Source: an uncultured Gammaproteobacteria bacterium (GTDB lineage: Bacteria; Patescibacteriota; Microgenomatia; Levybacterales; GWA1-39-11). Taken from it: 64,000 nucleotides of DNA. Made by a program: the position numbers and the translations under genes. The stretch is taken from NCBI GenBank assembly GCA_964627245.1, contig CAZVGS010000003.1:47551-111550 (forward strand), written 5' to 3'. Below, one piece after another: positions 18,653 through 30,310 of this stretch; positions within the stretch are counted from its first letter, which is position 1, and the number at the start of each line of letters is the position of its first letter. Under the pieces are notes generated by a model that did no database searches, was not told where the DNA came from, and worked only from the letters and a program-made list of their open reading frames with translations.

Positions 18653-19595
18653 GTTTATGCCAAAAGCACTTGTTACAGGAGTACATGGTTTTGCAGGAAC
18701 TCACCTAAACAATTTATTGCTTCAAAAAGATTACGAAGTATTTGGGATTATAAAACCTGAAAAGGACTTAAAGCTTGACGATCATTTTTTCGCTGTTGAT
18801 ATACAGGACTTTGAAGGAACAAAAAAGGTTATTGCTGATACGGCTCCTGATCATATATATCATTTAGCTGCTCTAACAAGTCCGGCAAGAAGTTTTCTAA
18901 ATCCATCAGAAACAGTAACTACCAATATTTCCGGTCAACTTAATATCCTAGAAGCCGTAAAACAATTAGGACTTCTTGAGACTAAAGTCCTTGTTGTTTC
19001 TTCAGCGGAAATTTATGGAGCAGCAGATGAAAATGACCTTCCGCTAAGCGAAAGTGCGCCGATAAAACCCCTATCTCCTTATGCTATAAGTAAAGTAGCG
19101 CAGGACTTTCTTGGATATCAGTATAAGCAGGCACATAATATTAAAACCGTGATTGTCAGGCCATTTAACAATATCGGTCCTCAGCAAGCGCCAATATTTG
19201 TAATCCCCGCATTTGCAAAACAAATTGCCGAGATAGAGAAAGGTATAAAAGAACCTGTTTTGAAAGTCGGAAATCTTGAATCCAGGCGAGATTTTACAGA
19301 TGTGAGGGATACGGTAAGAGCATACGAGCTATTGATGCAAAAGGGTGAGAGTGGAGAGGCATATAATATTGGATCCGGAAAATCCTACAAAATTAGTGAA
19401 ATTCTTGAGATGTTTTTATCCCTATCTGATAAAGAAATAGTAATTGAGAAAGATCCAGCACTCATGAGGCCCGGAGACATACCTGAGTTGAGGTGTGATT
19501 ATGACAAGCTTCACAAAGCAACAGGATGGAAGCCCGAAATTGATATTGAGAAATCACTTAAAGACACGCTGGACTATTGGAGAAATATCATTTAG
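18642..19595 (+). CDS. NAD-dependent epimerase/dehydratase, GDP-4-dehydro-6-deoxy-D-mannose reductase (Rmd)-like
   Basis: Motif ALVTGVHGFAGTHL and YAISKVAQD (YxxxK). Lies immediately upstream of gmd, suggesting a GDP-6-deoxyhexose product. Confidence 0.6.
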   Translation: MEDKFMPKALVTGVHGFAGTHLNNLLLQKDYEVFGIIKPEKDLKLDDHFFAVDIQDFEGTKKVIADTAPDHIYHLAALTSPARSFLNPSETVTTNISGQLNILEAVKQLGLLETKVLVVSSAEIYGAADENDLPLSESAPIKPLSPYAISKVAQDFLGYQYKQAHNIKTVIVRPFNNIGPQQAPIFVIPAFAKQIAEIEKGIKEPVLKVGNLESRRDFTDVRDTVRAYELLMQKGESGEAYNIGSGKSYKISEILEMFLSLSDKEIVIEKDPALMRPGDIPELRCDYDKLHKATGWKPEIDIEKSLKDTLDYWRNII

Positions 19596-19611
19596 AATGG
19601 TTAAATTATAA

Positions 19612-20595
<984 letters not shown>

Positions 20596-20668
20596 ATTAA
20601 AATCTACGTTTAAGTTTCCCCAATGATTTCTGATACAATTACAATGTGTAACTCAAACACAAATTTTT

Positions 20669-21625
20669 ATGAGTAAAATTTTAATTGCAGGAGGTGTAGG
20701 TTTTATAGGTTCGAATTTGGCGGCGCGTCTTCTCTCAGAAGGACATGAAGTGATCGCGATCGATAATTTAATTACGAGTTCAGAAAAAAATATAGAAAGT
20801 TTGCTCAGCAATCCGGCATTTTCTTTCATAAATCACGACGTAACAACTCCACTTCCCGATGAAATTAGTGCTGAATATGTATTTCACATGGCTTCTCCCG
20901 CATCTCCAAATCATCACAGTAAAATTTCATATCATGCTCTCCCGATGCAGACAATGATGGTAAATACTTTAGGAACTCTTGAGCTTCTTAAATTTGCGAA
21001 AAAAAACAATGCTAAATTTCTTTTCGCCTCGACATCAGAGGTTTATGGTGATCCTTTAGAGCATCCCCAGAAGGAAGAGTATAGGGGAAATGTATCAACA
21101 ACAGGTCCAAGAGCTGTTTACGATGAAGCTAAAAGATTTGGTGAGACCTTAATTTCTTATTATTGGAGAGAAAGTGACTTAGATGCTCGGATTGCAAGGA
21201 TATTTAATACTTACGGTCCAAAAATGCATAAAGAAGACATGAGAATGATAGTTAATTTTATACTTCAAGCCCTTAGCAACGAATCTATTACTATTTTTGG
21301 AGACGGCACACAAACAAGGTCTCTTTGTTTTGTCGACGATTTGGTTGATGGTCTTATCAAGTTGATGTTTGGTGAGAATACAAAAGCGGAAATTGTCAAT
21401 CTTGGAAATCCGGAGGAGCACTCAGTCTACGAATACGCGCAGATAGTAAAAAAAATTACGAATTCTTCAAGCGAAATAATATTTTCTGAAGATCTTCCTC
21501 AAGATGATCCCTTGAGGAGAAGTCCCGATATTTCAAAGGCAAAAAGCCTTTTATCATGGCAGCCAAAGGTAAGCCTTGAAGAGGGGTTGCTAAAGATGAT
21601 TGAATATGTGAAGACTTTTGAATAA
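20669..21625 (+). CDS. UDP-glucuronate decarboxylase (UDP-xylose synthase / ArnA-decarboxylase-like SDR)
   Basis: Motifs [19 protein letters not shown] and YDEAKRFGE (YxxxK) in a UXS-like fold. Paired with ugd upstream. Confidence 0.8.
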   Translation: MSKILIAGGVGFIGSNLAARLLSEGHEVIAIDNLITSSEKNIESLLSNPAFSFINHDVTTPLPDEISAEYVFHMASPASPNHHSKISYHALPMQTMMVNTLGTLELLKFAKKNNAKFLFASTSEVYGDPLEHPQKEEYRGNVSTTGPRAVYDEAKRFGETLISYYWRESDLDARIARIFNTYGPKMHKEDMRMIVNFILQALSNESITIFGDGTQTRSLCFVDDLVDGLIKLMFGENTKAEIVNLGNPEEHSVYEYAQIVKKITNSSSEIIFSEDLPQDDPLRRSPDISKAKSLLSWQPKVSLEEGLLKMIEYVKTFE

Positions 21626-21627
21626 CT

Positions 21628-22758
21628 ATGAAAATATTTGTAATACCTGCAACATATAACGAGCGCGAAAATATAGGAAAATTCATAACCGTTCTGGAAG
21701 ATGAGGTTTTTCCCACAATAAAGGGTCACGATTTACATATCTTGGTAGCTGATGATTATTCACCTGATGGTACAGGTGAGGTTGTCAAGGATTTAATGAA
21801 AAAATATAAAAATCTCGGACTCAATCAAGGTGAGAAAAAAGGATTGGGAGCAGCTTATATCAGAACAATGGGGCATGCGATCGAAAAGTTGGGAGCAGAT
21901 GTCGTAGTGAGTATTGATGCAGATTTTCAATTTGATTCTCGCGAGCTGCCAAAATTTATTGAAAAAATAGAGCAGGGCAATGATATGGTTATCCAAACAC
22001 GCTACAGTGGTGGGGGATCGATCCCTTACAATTGGCCAATCCAGAGAAAAATCTTTTCAAAAACTGCAAATATGTTTGTCAGATCAGTTTTTATGAAATT
22101 TAACATACATGATTGGACGGGGGGATTTCGTGCAATCACAAAAGAAGTCTTTTTGAAAGAAAGACATGAGATGAGAGGATTCAACGGATATATATTTCAG
22201 ATTGCTTTTCTGCAAAAAGCGGTACGCGATGGATACAAGATTGCAGAAATTCCCGTACATTTTTCAGATAGAAAATTGGGGAATTCAAAGATCGCTCCCC
22301 TTCATTACATTGTGACAGTTTTAAAGTTTGTGATATCAACACGAGTTAAAGAGTTGGCATATGGACCGTTTGGAAAATTTATTATTGTCGGCGGGTTTGG
22401 ATTTATATTAAATGCGTTAATTTTGCGGATATTGGTGGATGGATTCGGATGGTTGCCATATGTAGCAAATCTTCTTGGAGCAGTATTTGCAATATTCTCT
22501 AATTTCAATTTTAATAATTTTTGGTCATTCAAGCATCATAAGGCTCCGACTTTCAAACATTATATTCTAAAAATGTTCCAGTTTTATTTAACTTCTGCCT
22601 TTGGAGTGATCGTGATACAAACTGGTACAATTTTTGTAGGCACACATTTTATTACAAAGCCTGATGACTATTTCCTATATTTCCTTCTGGGAACAGCATT
22701 CCTTCTCTTTTGGAATTTTTCAATTTACTCCCGCGTAATCTGGAAGAAAAAACATTAG
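21628..22758 (+). CDS. GT2 polyprenyl-phosphate sugar synthase (DPM1/ArnC/GtrB-like) fused to a C-terminal GtrA-like 4-TM domain
   Basis: N-terminal GT-A motifs (VIPATYNERENI, VADDYSPDGT, DAD). The C-terminal 120 aa form four TM helices typical of GtrA. Confidence 0.8.
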   Translation: MKIFVIPATYNERENIGKFITVLEDEVFPTIKGHDLHILVADDYSPDGTGEVVKDLMKKYKNLGLNQGEKKGLGAAYIRTMGHAIEKLGADVVVSIDADFQFDSRELPKFIEKIEQGNDMVIQTRYSGGGSIPYNWPIQRKIFSKTANMFVRSVFMKFNIHDWTGGFRAITKEVFLKERHEMRGFNGYIFQIAFLQKAVRDGYKIAEIPVHFSDRKLGNSKIAPLHYIVTVLKFVISTRVKELAYGPFGKFIIVGGFGFILNALILRILVDGFGWLPYVANLLGAVFAIFSNFNFNNFWSFKHHKAPTFKHYILKMFQFYLTSAFGVIVIQTGTIFVGTHFITKPDDYFLYFLLGTAFLLFWNFSIYSRVIWKKKH

Positions 22759-22765
22759 GCTGACT

Positions 22766-24352
22766 ATGTTATCGCGAATAAAAAGCTACTTTCTCCAACA
22801 CAAAATTGAGCTTATATTAATTATTACAATTACCGTAGTTTCTGCATTTTTTAGACTTTATAAAATTTCAGATTATATGACTTTTTTAGGTGATGAAGGT
22901 AGAGATATGATTGTTGCAAAAGGAATCTTGGAAGGAGATTTTACATTGTTGGGCCCAAGAGCTTCTGCGGGAGACTTTTTTTTGGGTCCAATATATTACT
23001 ACATGATTGCGCCATTTCTTTTCCTGGCAAGACTCGACCCTGTCGGACCATCGGTAATGGTTGCACTTTTTGGTGTTGCTACGGTTTTGCTAGTATATTT
23101 TGCAGGGCTTAAATTATGTAATAGAAGAGCAGGTCTTATTGCAGCATCGTTATATTCAATTTCTCCCTTGGTTATAGCATATTCACGGTCTTCATGGAAC
23201 CCGAATCTTATGCCTTTCTTTTCTCTTCTTATATTATTTGTATTATATGAAGCGGTTAAAAGTCAGTCTGCCAGGTTATTTATAGCAATCGGTTTTTTAA
23301 TTGGGATAGCAATTCAGCTTCATTATCTTACTGTTTTTTTAGGAGTAATAGTACTCGTATATTTAATATTTGGAGAATTTATTAAAGAAAAAGAAAGAAT
23401 TTTTTTAAGGTACCTAGCTCACGGTTTTGAGATGTTGGGAGGATTCATTCTAGGTATTTCACCATTTCTTTTATTTGAGATAAGGCATGGTTTTCCGAAT
23501 GTATCAGCAATACTTAAATTCGTATTGACAGATAATGCAGCCGGGGGATATCCTCCTGGCCAGTCATTTCTCGGTAATATTTTTGATGTATTATTTAGAC
23601 TTTTTGGAAGACTTGTAACCAAATTTCCGCCCCCGGAGCAGGTCAATGTAACTGAGAATCTTGATCTCAGGATTTGGCAAATTGCGACAGTCATACTGGC
23701 TTTTTTCTCGATAATTGCAATCATCAAAATCAAGGATAAATTTACAAAACTCTTATTCACTCTCTGGCTGGTTCTTGGGGTTTTTCTTTTCGCATTCTAT
23801 AGGAAGCCTATATACGATTATTATTTAGGGTTTATTTTTCCTCTGCCATTTTTGCTCGTTGGGAGTTTATTGTCACAGACTTCAAAAATTAAAAAATATA
23901 AAGTTCTAAGCATAGGCATTTCAGTGTTAGTCTTCGTTTGTCTGCTTATCCTAAATTTGTCCGGGGCACCATTTCTTCATAAGGGCAACAAGCAGAAAGA
24001 TCAAGCAAAAAATATCGCAGAATTTATTATTTCAAAGACTGAGGGGAAGCCATACAATTTTGCCTTGCTAACAAGAGGTAACTCTGATCATGTCTATAGA
24101 TACTTTTTAGAAGTAGCAAATAAAGCTCCTATTACAATACTTAACGGAAACATAGATCCTCAAAGAGAAAGTGTAGCCGATCAATTAATAGTTGTTTGTG
24201 AATATGTCGAGTGTCAGCCGTTGGGAAATTCTCTTTGGGAAATAGCAGGGTTTGGTAGGGCAGAGATTGTTGGAGAGTGGGAAGTGCCCTTTGTTAAAAT
24301 ATTCAAACTGGTTCACTTCGAGAAGGAAGAGTCTAATATCCAAGAAAATTAA
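22766..24352 (+). CDS. GT-C fold glycosyltransferase, ArnT/PMT (GT83/GT39)-like, polyprenyl-phosphate-sugar dependent
   Basis: 528 aa with about 12 TM helices. A DE motif in the first extracytoplasmic loop (TFLGDEGRDMIV). Directly downstream of the GT2 synthase. Confidence 0.7.
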   Translation: MLSRIKSYFLQHKIELILIITITVVSAFFRLYKISDYMTFLGDEGRDMIVAKGILEGDFTLLGPRASAGDFFLGPIYYYMIAPFLFLARLDPVGPSVMVALFGVATVLLVYFAGLKLCNRRAGLIAASLYSISPLVIAYSRSSWNPNLMPFFSLLILFVLYEAVKSQSARLFIAIGFLIGIAIQLHYLTVFLGVIVLVYLIFGEFIKEKERIFLRYLAHGFEMLGGFILGISPFLLFEIRHGFPNVSAILKFVLTDNAAGGYPPGQSFLGNIFDVLFRLFGRLVTKFPPPEQVNVTENLDLRIWQIATVILAFFSIIAIIKIKDKFTKLLFTLWLVLGVFLFAFYRKPIYDYYLGFIFPLPFLLVGSLLSQTSKIKKYKVLSIGISVLVFVCLLILNLSGAPFLHKGNKQKDQAKNIAEFIISKTEGKPYNFALLTRGNSDHVYRYFLEVANKAPITILNGNIDPQRESVADQLIVVCEYVECQPLGNSLWEIAGFGRAEIVGEWEVPFVKIFKLVHFEKEESNIQEN

Positions 24353-24662
24353 GTTTTAGGACCCCGCTTGCAAGAAGCACAAAAAGAAGAATTTCAGATG
24401 CCAGGATTATTCCGCTTGCTGCTGAAATAGAATTTATATCCTTTTTTAGGTAAGCAGCATCGCTTAGATCTTCTGGAGGGTTAATTTTAACGTTGGCTAC
24501 AAACCCTTTTTTTGGTGCGACTTTTACAGTATAAGAGGGCGTTTCAGAAGGCTCATGTGTTATTTGAGACAAAATCCTCTTTGAGGCATGCTCTTTTTGT
24601 TTTCTGGTTTTTCTCTTCTTTGACATGAGCTCAAAGTTATCATATTGACACATTATTTTCAA
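24333..24662 (-). CDS. hypothetical protein with basic N-terminus and C-terminal TM helix
   Basis: 109-aa ORF (likely start MSKKRKTRKQKE). Its 3-prime end overlaps the GT-C gene end. Confidence 0.4.
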   Translation of the reverse strand: MKIMCQYDNFELMSKKRKTRKQKEHASKRILSQITHEPSETPSYTVKVAPKKGFVANVKINPPEDLSDAAYLKKDINSISAASGIILASEILLFVLLASGVLKLNFLGY

Positions 24663-24682
24663 GATACTAAAATTAGGAACGT

Positions 24683-25153
24683 ATGGATTTTTTTCCCCTG
24701 GCTGTTGCGGTTGGTTTACTTGTTATTTGGTGTACCATTTTATCTTATATACTGTTAAAACAAAAAAAGGGATTTATAAAAATTAGTAAGGGAGGGAAAA
24801 GCGAATCAATAGTTGAGGTCCTATCTCAGGTTTTAGATAACGAAAAAAAGTTGGTTAAGTCACTTTCCGAAACAGAAAAAAAGGTGGACGGCTTGCTATT
24901 TTCCTCGCAATTCTATATACAAAAGATAGGGCTTGTTAGATTTAACCCATTTAACGATACCGGTGGTGATCAAAGTTTTATACTTGCGCTAATCGACGAT
25001 AAAGATTCGGGTGTGGTAATTTCTGGTTTGCATACTAGAAATGGGACACGCTGGTATGCAAAGAAGATTGAGAGCGGCAAGGGGGTGGAGCACGAGCTGT
25101 CAGAAGACGAAATTAAAGCAATAAGAAGTGCATCGCGGAGGCATAAGGGATAA
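24683..25153 (+). CDS. hypothetical membrane-anchored protein (DUF4446-like)
   Basis: N-terminal TM, then VRFNPFNDTGGDQSFILALIDDKDSGVVISGLHTRNGTRWYAKKI. This weakly resembles a Firmicutes DUF family, but the assignment is uncertain. Confidence 0.45.
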   Translation: MDFFPLAVAVGLLVIWCTILSYILLKQKKGFIKISKGGKSESIVEVLSQVLDNEKKLVKSLSETEKKVDGLLFSSQFYIQKIGLVRFNPFNDTGGDQSFILALIDDKDSGVVISGLHTRNGTRWYAKKIESGKGVEHELSEDEIKAIRSASRRHKG

Positions 25154-25163
25154 AAACTATAAA

Positions 25164-26357
25164 ATGAAAGAAGAATTGCCAAAAAAGAAGCAGCAAATCA
25201 ATATAAAAATTTTAGTTATAGCAGTGATTGCTTACGTGGGAAGTGCATTGGTTTCTTTTATAGTTTTTAGTAAGTTTGTTGGCGTTATTTCCGTTGTTCC
25301 GGTAGAACAGCCTAAAAAAACCGTTTCAGGTAAGTTATTATTCGATTCATCACTGCCAAAAACCGAACCCTGTCCATTGAATGGAGTAAAATATTCAAAA
25401 CAGCAAAGAGCATGGTGGGAAAAACACGCGCCTTTGGGGGTTATGCTAGAGAACCATCTTGAATCCAGACCTCAAAGCGGATTGACATCGGCCGATATTG
25501 TTTATGAAGCGGTTGCAGAAGGCGGTATTACTAGGTTTTTAGCAGTTTTTTACTGCCAAGATGCAGAATTTGTAGGGCCTGTGAGATCGGCTAGAACATA
25601 TTTCGTGGATTTTATTTCTGAATATGGGCCTTTTCCATTGTACGCTCACGTAGGCGGTGCAAATACGCCGGGACCAGCAAACGCATTAGGACAAATTTCC
25701 GATTATGGATGGGCAGGTTACAATGATCTGAATCAATTTTCAATAGGATTTCCTGTATTCGTTAGAGATTATGACAGGCTGGGAAGAACCGTAGCAACAG
25801 AACATACTGTCTATTCATCAACAACCAAACTTTGGGACTATGCTGCTGAAAATCGAAAAATTACAAATAAAGATGAAGATGATAACGAGTGGAATGAGGA
25901 TTTCATACCGTATGAGATCAAGGAAGATGCCCCGGCTTCTGCAAGACCATCCTCTCAATCTGTTGCTTACAGTGCTTGGGCAGGATACGCTGATTACAGC
26001 GTTCTTTGGACATACGATTCATCAGCAAATACATATAATAGGGTTAATGGTGGTAAAGCACATACAGATCTTAATAATAAGCAGCAAATAGCCGCTAAAA
26101 ATGTTGTAGTTCTCTTTATGCGTGAAAGTAGAGCGAACGATGGCTACGAGGGCAATTTACATCTTCTTTATGGTACCAAAGGCACAGGAAAAGCAAAAGT
26201 TTTTCAAGATGGGGAGGAAATTGATGCGGTTTGGACAAAGAAAAATAGAACCTCACACTTGATTTTGAAGGACAAGAGAGGTCAGGATATAGAATTTAAT
26301 CCGGGACTTATCTGGTTCTCTGTTGTTTCTTCAGATACTGATGTAGAAGTGAATTAA
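25164..26357 (+). CDS. DUF3048 domain protein, secreted and membrane-anchored
   Basis: PLGVMLENHLESRPQSGLTSADIVYEAVAEGGITRFLAVF closely matches the DUF3048 N-terminal signature. Start set at internal Met 25164, after the upstream stop. Confidence 0.6.
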   Translation: MKEELPKKKQQINIKILVIAVIAYVGSALVSFIVFSKFVGVISVVPVEQPKKTVSGKLLFDSSLPKTEPCPLNGVKYSKQQRAWWEKHAPLGVMLENHLESRPQSGLTSADIVYEAVAEGGITRFLAVFYCQDAEFVGPVRSARTYFVDFISEYGPFPLYAHVGGANTPGPANALGQISDYGWAGYNDLNQFSIGFPVFVRDYDRLGRTVATEHTVYSSTTKLWDYAAENRKITNKDEDDNEWNEDFIPYEIKEDAPASARPSSQSVAYSAWAGYADYSVLWTYDSSANTYNRVNGGKAHTDLNNKQQIAAKNVVVLFMRESRANDGYEGNLHLLYGTKGTGKAKVFQDGEEIDAVWTKKNRTSHLILKDKRGQDIEFNPGLIWFSVVSSDTDVEVN

Positions 26358-26423
26358 CTTTCTGTCCATTTTAACTGTTGAATGTCATAAAACTTTAGTA
26401 TAATATATGTACTCAGAAAGTTT

Positions 26424-27002
26424 ATGTTTGAAGATCTTATTACTTCTAAAACCCGCATAAAAATTTTACACCTTTTCTTGGGTAATCTTGACCAAATGTT
26501 TCATGTAAGAGAAATTGTAAGGCGTGTTGAAGAGGAGATAAATGCAGTACGACGTGAGTTAATTCTCCTTGAGAAAAAAGGGATTCTCAACCGCGAAGCA
26601 AGAGCAAATAGAGTATATTATTCGCTAGACACTGCCTATCCATTCTATTTCGACTTAATTAAAATTCATGCCAAAGAGTCCGGTCTTGGAAGCGATATTG
26701 TTAAGAATAGAGCTAAATTAGGGAGAGTAAAATACGCGATGCTATCAGGCAATTTTGCCCGCAATCTTGATAATAATGGTGAGAGTGTTGATTTGCTCAT
26801 GGTTGGTGTAGTTGTTCTTCCCGAATTATCTTTGATAATCAAAAAAGAAGAAGAGAAGAAAAAAAGAGAAATAAATTATACAATAATGAATGAGGATGAA
26901 TTTAATTTCAGGAAAGCGAGACGGGATCCTTTTATATCCTCTATTATTCACGGTTCAAGAGTCATGCTTATTGGTGATGAAGAGTCTTTGGTTAAGGAAT
27001 AA
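26424..27002 (+). CDS. hypothetical protein with N-terminal winged-helix (HTH) domain
   Basis: KTRIKILHLFLGNLDQMFHVREIVRRVEEEINAVRRELILLEKKGIL looks like wHTH. A putative promoter with a TATAAT -10 at 26399-26404 lies upstream. Confidence 0.45.
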   Translation: MFEDLITSKTRIKILHLFLGNLDQMFHVREIVRRVEEEINAVRRELILLEKKGILNREARANRVYYSLDTAYPFYFDLIKIHAKESGLGSDIVKNRAKLGRVKYAMLSGNFARNLDNNGESVDLLMVGVVVLPELSLIIKKEEEKKKREINYTIMNEDEFNFRKARRDPFISSIIHGSRVMLIGDEESLVKE

Positions 27003-27011
27003 TGATTTATT

Positions 27012-28415
27012 ATGCAGAAACCGAAAGTATTTATAATCCTTATTTTTGTTGTATCGGCTATACTGTTGGCTTTTGATCTTCCTTTTAAGGTTGATCTTAG
27101 GTCAGTTAAGGTTCCATTTGTCGAAAAAGAGAAAAAAATTGCCGATTTTGTCTTTGACCCGTCAAATATAAACATTTCACTTGGTAATGTAACGATCCAA
27201 AAGGATATATCCTACAGACTTGGACTCGATCTTCAGGGAGGAACACAGCTTACGTATAAAATTATCATGGACGATGTTGCTAAGGGTGAAGAGCTTGATG
27301 CTTTTGAATCTGCCCGAGATGTAATTGAGAGAAGGATAAATTTTTTAGGTGTTTCAGAGCCTGTGATCCAAACAGTTAAGATAGGAGACGAGCACAGGGT
27401 AATAGTAGATCTTCCAGGTATGTCTAACGTTACTCAAGCAATTAACCTGATAGGCCAGACCGCACAACTTACTTTCTGGGAAGGAGACGGTAGGGAAATT
27501 GCAACTGAGAGTGCTCAAGCAGATCCATTGCTAAGTATTCTGGGTCAATTAGTAGGCTCAAATCCTATTCCGACAGATCTGACCGGAAAGGATCTTCAGA
27601 AGGCAGCGGTTGTTTTTGACAGCACATCAGGTCAACCCCAGGTGCAAATTCAATTCACAGGTGAAGGCGCAAAGAAATTTGGAGATATTACCAAGAGAAA
27701 TTTAGGCAAAGTTGTTGCCATTGTGCTAGACAATCAAATTGTTAGTGCACCTGTTGTGCAAAGCGAAATTGTAAATGGCACAGCAGTTATTACAGGAAAT
27801 TTCACGACCGAGGAATCAAAAAACCTGAGTATTGCATTAAATGCCGGTGCACTGCCTGCTCCTCTTGAGGTGATAGCACAGAAGTCAGTCGGGCCATCTC
27901 TTGGTATAGACAGTCTTAACAGAAGTCTTTTTGCTGCAATTTTAGGGTTGATTTCAATCGGCTTTTTCATGACTTATATTTACAGGAAGGAAGGAATCCT
28001 AGCTTGTCTTGCATTGATAATCTACACAATATTGGTTCTTTTTGTATTCAAATTAATACCTGTGACTCTTACATTAGCAGGCATCGCCGGCTTTATCTTG
28101 TCGATAGGAATGGCTGTTGATGCCAACATTTTGATATTTGAGAGAATGAAAGAGGAGCTAAGACGCGGAAAGCCAAGAGACATTGCTCTAAAAAACGGCT
28201 TTTCAAGAGCGTGGTCTTCAATTAGAGATTCAAATGTAACAAGCATAATTACATCAATTATCTTATTCTATTTCGGAAGCGGAATTGTGAGAGGCTTTGC
28301 TTTAACTCTTTTTATAGGAATTGTTATTTCAATGTTTTCTGCAATTACTATTACTAAGAATCTACTACTTATTTTTGAAGTAAATCCGTATAAGAAGGAG
28401 AAAGTAAAAAAATAA
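27012..28415 (+). CDS. secD: protein translocase subunit SecD
   Basis: GLDLQGGTQLTYKI, a large periplasmic domain and a C-terminal 6-TM region. Adjacent to secF. Confidence 0.9.
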   Translation: MQKPKVFIILIFVVSAILLAFDLPFKVDLRSVKVPFVEKEKKIADFVFDPSNINISLGNVTIQKDISYRLGLDLQGGTQLTYKIIMDDVAKGEELDAFESARDVIERRINFLGVSEPVIQTVKIGDEHRVIVDLPGMSNVTQAINLIGQTAQLTFWEGDGREIATESAQADPLLSILGQLVGSNPIPTDLTGKDLQKAAVVFDSTSGQPQVQIQFTGEGAKKFGDITKRNLGKVVAIVLDNQIVSAPVVQSEIVNGTAVITGNFTTEESKNLSIALNAGALPAPLEVIAQKSVGPSLGIDSLNRSLFAAILGLISIGFFMTYIYRKEGILACLALIIYTILVLFVFKLIPVTLTLAGIAGFILSIGMAVDANILIFERMKEELRRGKPRDIALKNGFSRAWSSIRDSNVTSIITSIILFYFGSGIVRGFALTLFIGIVISMFSAITITKNLLLIFEVNPYKKEKVKK

Positions 28416-28416
28416 A

Positions 28417-29358
28417 ATGGACATAGTTGGAAAAAGAAAGATTTTTTTGATAATCTCAGGCAGCTTAATGCTTCTAAGCATTATTTCAGTTGCAATTTTC
28501 GGGTTCAAGTTATCAATTGAGTTTACAGGGGGATCCAAGCTTCAAGTGATATCAGCAAACGGGAAAAGTATAAGTAAATCAAGCTTAAAAAATATTGTAG
28601 AGAAGAATAAGATAAAAGTGGTCTCAATAACAGGTGACTCCGACAAAGAGCTAGTTATAAGAATGGAAACAATAGCCGATTCTCAGAAAAACCAAATATT
28701 ATCAAATGCCAGAGAGGCAGATATTGAATTAACTGAAACAAGCTTTGACACCCTCGGTCCTGTTATTGGAAATGAATCGAAAGTAAATTCTCTGAAAGCT
28801 GTTGGACTTGCTATTTTGGCGATAACCTTATACATAGCTTTCGCATTTAGAAAAGTTTCAAAACCTGTATCATCATGGAAATTTGGGATAAGCGCAATAA
28901 TCGCGCTTATCCATGATGTTGTAATTGTACTTGGGGCATTTTCACTTTTCGGTTTGTTTTTAGGCGTTGAAATCGACACTTTATTCATAACGGCAATACT
29001 AACGATTATGGGATTTTCCGTCCATGATACGATTGTTGTTTTTGACAGAATACGGGAGAACCTTATAAAAAATGTGCACAATAACCCTTTTGAAAAAGTT
29101 GTCAATCTAAGCTTTAACGAAACCGTTGCGAGATCTCTTAATACATCGATTACAGTCATTCTGGTCCTTTTTGCACTGCTTATATTTGGAGGCGAGTCAA
29201 TAAGATGGTTTATAGCGGCATTTCTAATTGGTATAGTAACCGGAACATATTCATCTATCTTCATAGCGTCAGCAATACTGGTCGAGTGGTATAAATTTGA
29301 TCAAAAAGGTATCAAACTCTTCAGATTTCTCAAAATTCCAAAGCGTGTCAGAAAGTAG
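28417..29358 (+). CDS. secF: protein translocase subunit SecF
   Basis: IEFTGGS motif and a C-terminal 6-TM SecDF domain. Start is 2 nt after the secD stop. Confidence 0.9.
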   Translation: MDIVGKRKIFLIISGSLMLLSIISVAIFGFKLSIEFTGGSKLQVISANGKSISKSSLKNIVEKNKIKVVSITGDSDKELVIRMETIADSQKNQILSNAREADIELTETSFDTLGPVIGNESKVNSLKAVGLAILAITLYIAFAFRKVSKPVSSWKFGISAIIALIHDVVIVLGAFSLFGLFLGVEIDTLFITAILTIMGFSVHDTIVVFDRIRENLIKNVHNNPFEKVVNLSFNETVARSLNTSITVILVLFALLIFGGESIRWFIAAFLIGIVTGTYSSIFIASAILVEWYKFDQKGIKLFRFLKIPKRVRK

Positions 29359-29770
29359 GAACAAACAAATAACGGTAATAGTAGGTTTGGTTATAAAAAA
29401 TGGAAAGGTTTTGATGGTGAAAAGAAATGAGCCTGAGGTAAAAGAGACTCATCTCAAGTGGGAAATACCAGGCGGAAAAGTTGAATTTAAGGAATCTCCG
29501 CAAGAGGCAATCGTCAGAGAGATAGAAGAGGAAACCGGAGTTAAAACAAAGGTTAAAAGATTGATACCCGAAGTTTTTTTACAATACTGGGATTATCCTT
29601 GGGGTGTTCAGCAAACTCTGCTTTTTGCCTATGAATGCGGGTTTGTTTCTGAAGGACAAAGAAAGAATGATCATCATGTGGTTGATGTTGAGTGGGTGCG
29701 GCTAAGTGATGTGAAGAAGTGCAAACGCCTTCCGGGAGTAGATTTTTTTATTGAAGCTTTAGGATCCTAG
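29345..29770 (+). CDS. NUDIX hydrolase
   Basis: Nudix box GGKVEFKESPQEAIVREIEEETGV. The ORF track starts at 29297 inside secF. A GTG at 29345 gives a plausible start, but the exact start is uncertain. Confidence 0.7.
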   Translation: MSESRNKQITVIVGLVIKNGKVLMVKRNEPEVKETHLKWEIPGGKVEFKESPQEAIVREIEEETGVKTKVKRLIPEVFLQYWDYPWGVQQTLLFAYECGFVSEGQRKNDHHVVDVEWVRLSDVKKCKRLPGVDFFIEALGS

Positions 29771-30211
29771 CTTAGACTTTACTATTGATGAGACTAATCC
29801 CCCGTCTGCCTTGCCTTTGATTTGCGGAGCAAGAAAACCCATGACTTTGCCCATTTCCTGAATAGATGACGCACCTGTTTGTGAAATAGCATCATCCACA
29901 AGTTTTTTTATAACTTCTTCAGTAAGTTGTTCCGGCAAGTATTTTTGAAGCGTTTCTAATTCTCTCTTTTCTTTATCCGCAAGCTCTTGCCGTCCGCCTT
30001 TCTCATAAAGTTCGATAGATTCTTTCCGTTTTTTTATTTCACGTCCTACAACCTCAATTACATCTTCATCTGTTGCGCTATAGCCTGCCCCTCCTTTTTG
30101 AATCTCGAAATATTGAATTGCCGACTTGAGCATGCGGATAGTAGAAAGTTTTTCTTCACTCTTTTCTATCATGGCAGATGTTAGATCATCTTGAATCTTT
30201 TCTTTTAACAT
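29759..30211 (-). CDS. GatB/YqeY domain protein
   Basis: 150-aa YqeY-like sequence: LKSAIQYFEIQKG...EVVGREIKKRKESIELYEKGGRQELADKEKRELE. Confidence 0.8.
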   Translation of the reverse strand: MLKEKIQDDLTSAMIEKSEEKLSTIRMLKSAIQYFEIQKGGAGYSATDEDVIEVVGREIKKRKESIELYEKGGRQELADKEKRELETLQKYLPEQLTEEVIKKLVDDAISQTGASSIQEMGKVMGFLAPQIKGKADGGLVSSIVKSKLGS

Positions 30212-30310
30212 ATTGCTATATTATATTCTTATCCTTCATTTCTGGCAAATTGTTAAGCGTCTGTAGGTATAAAAGAATTCATAGAGTAAACAAACAAATA
30301 TTTTTAATAA

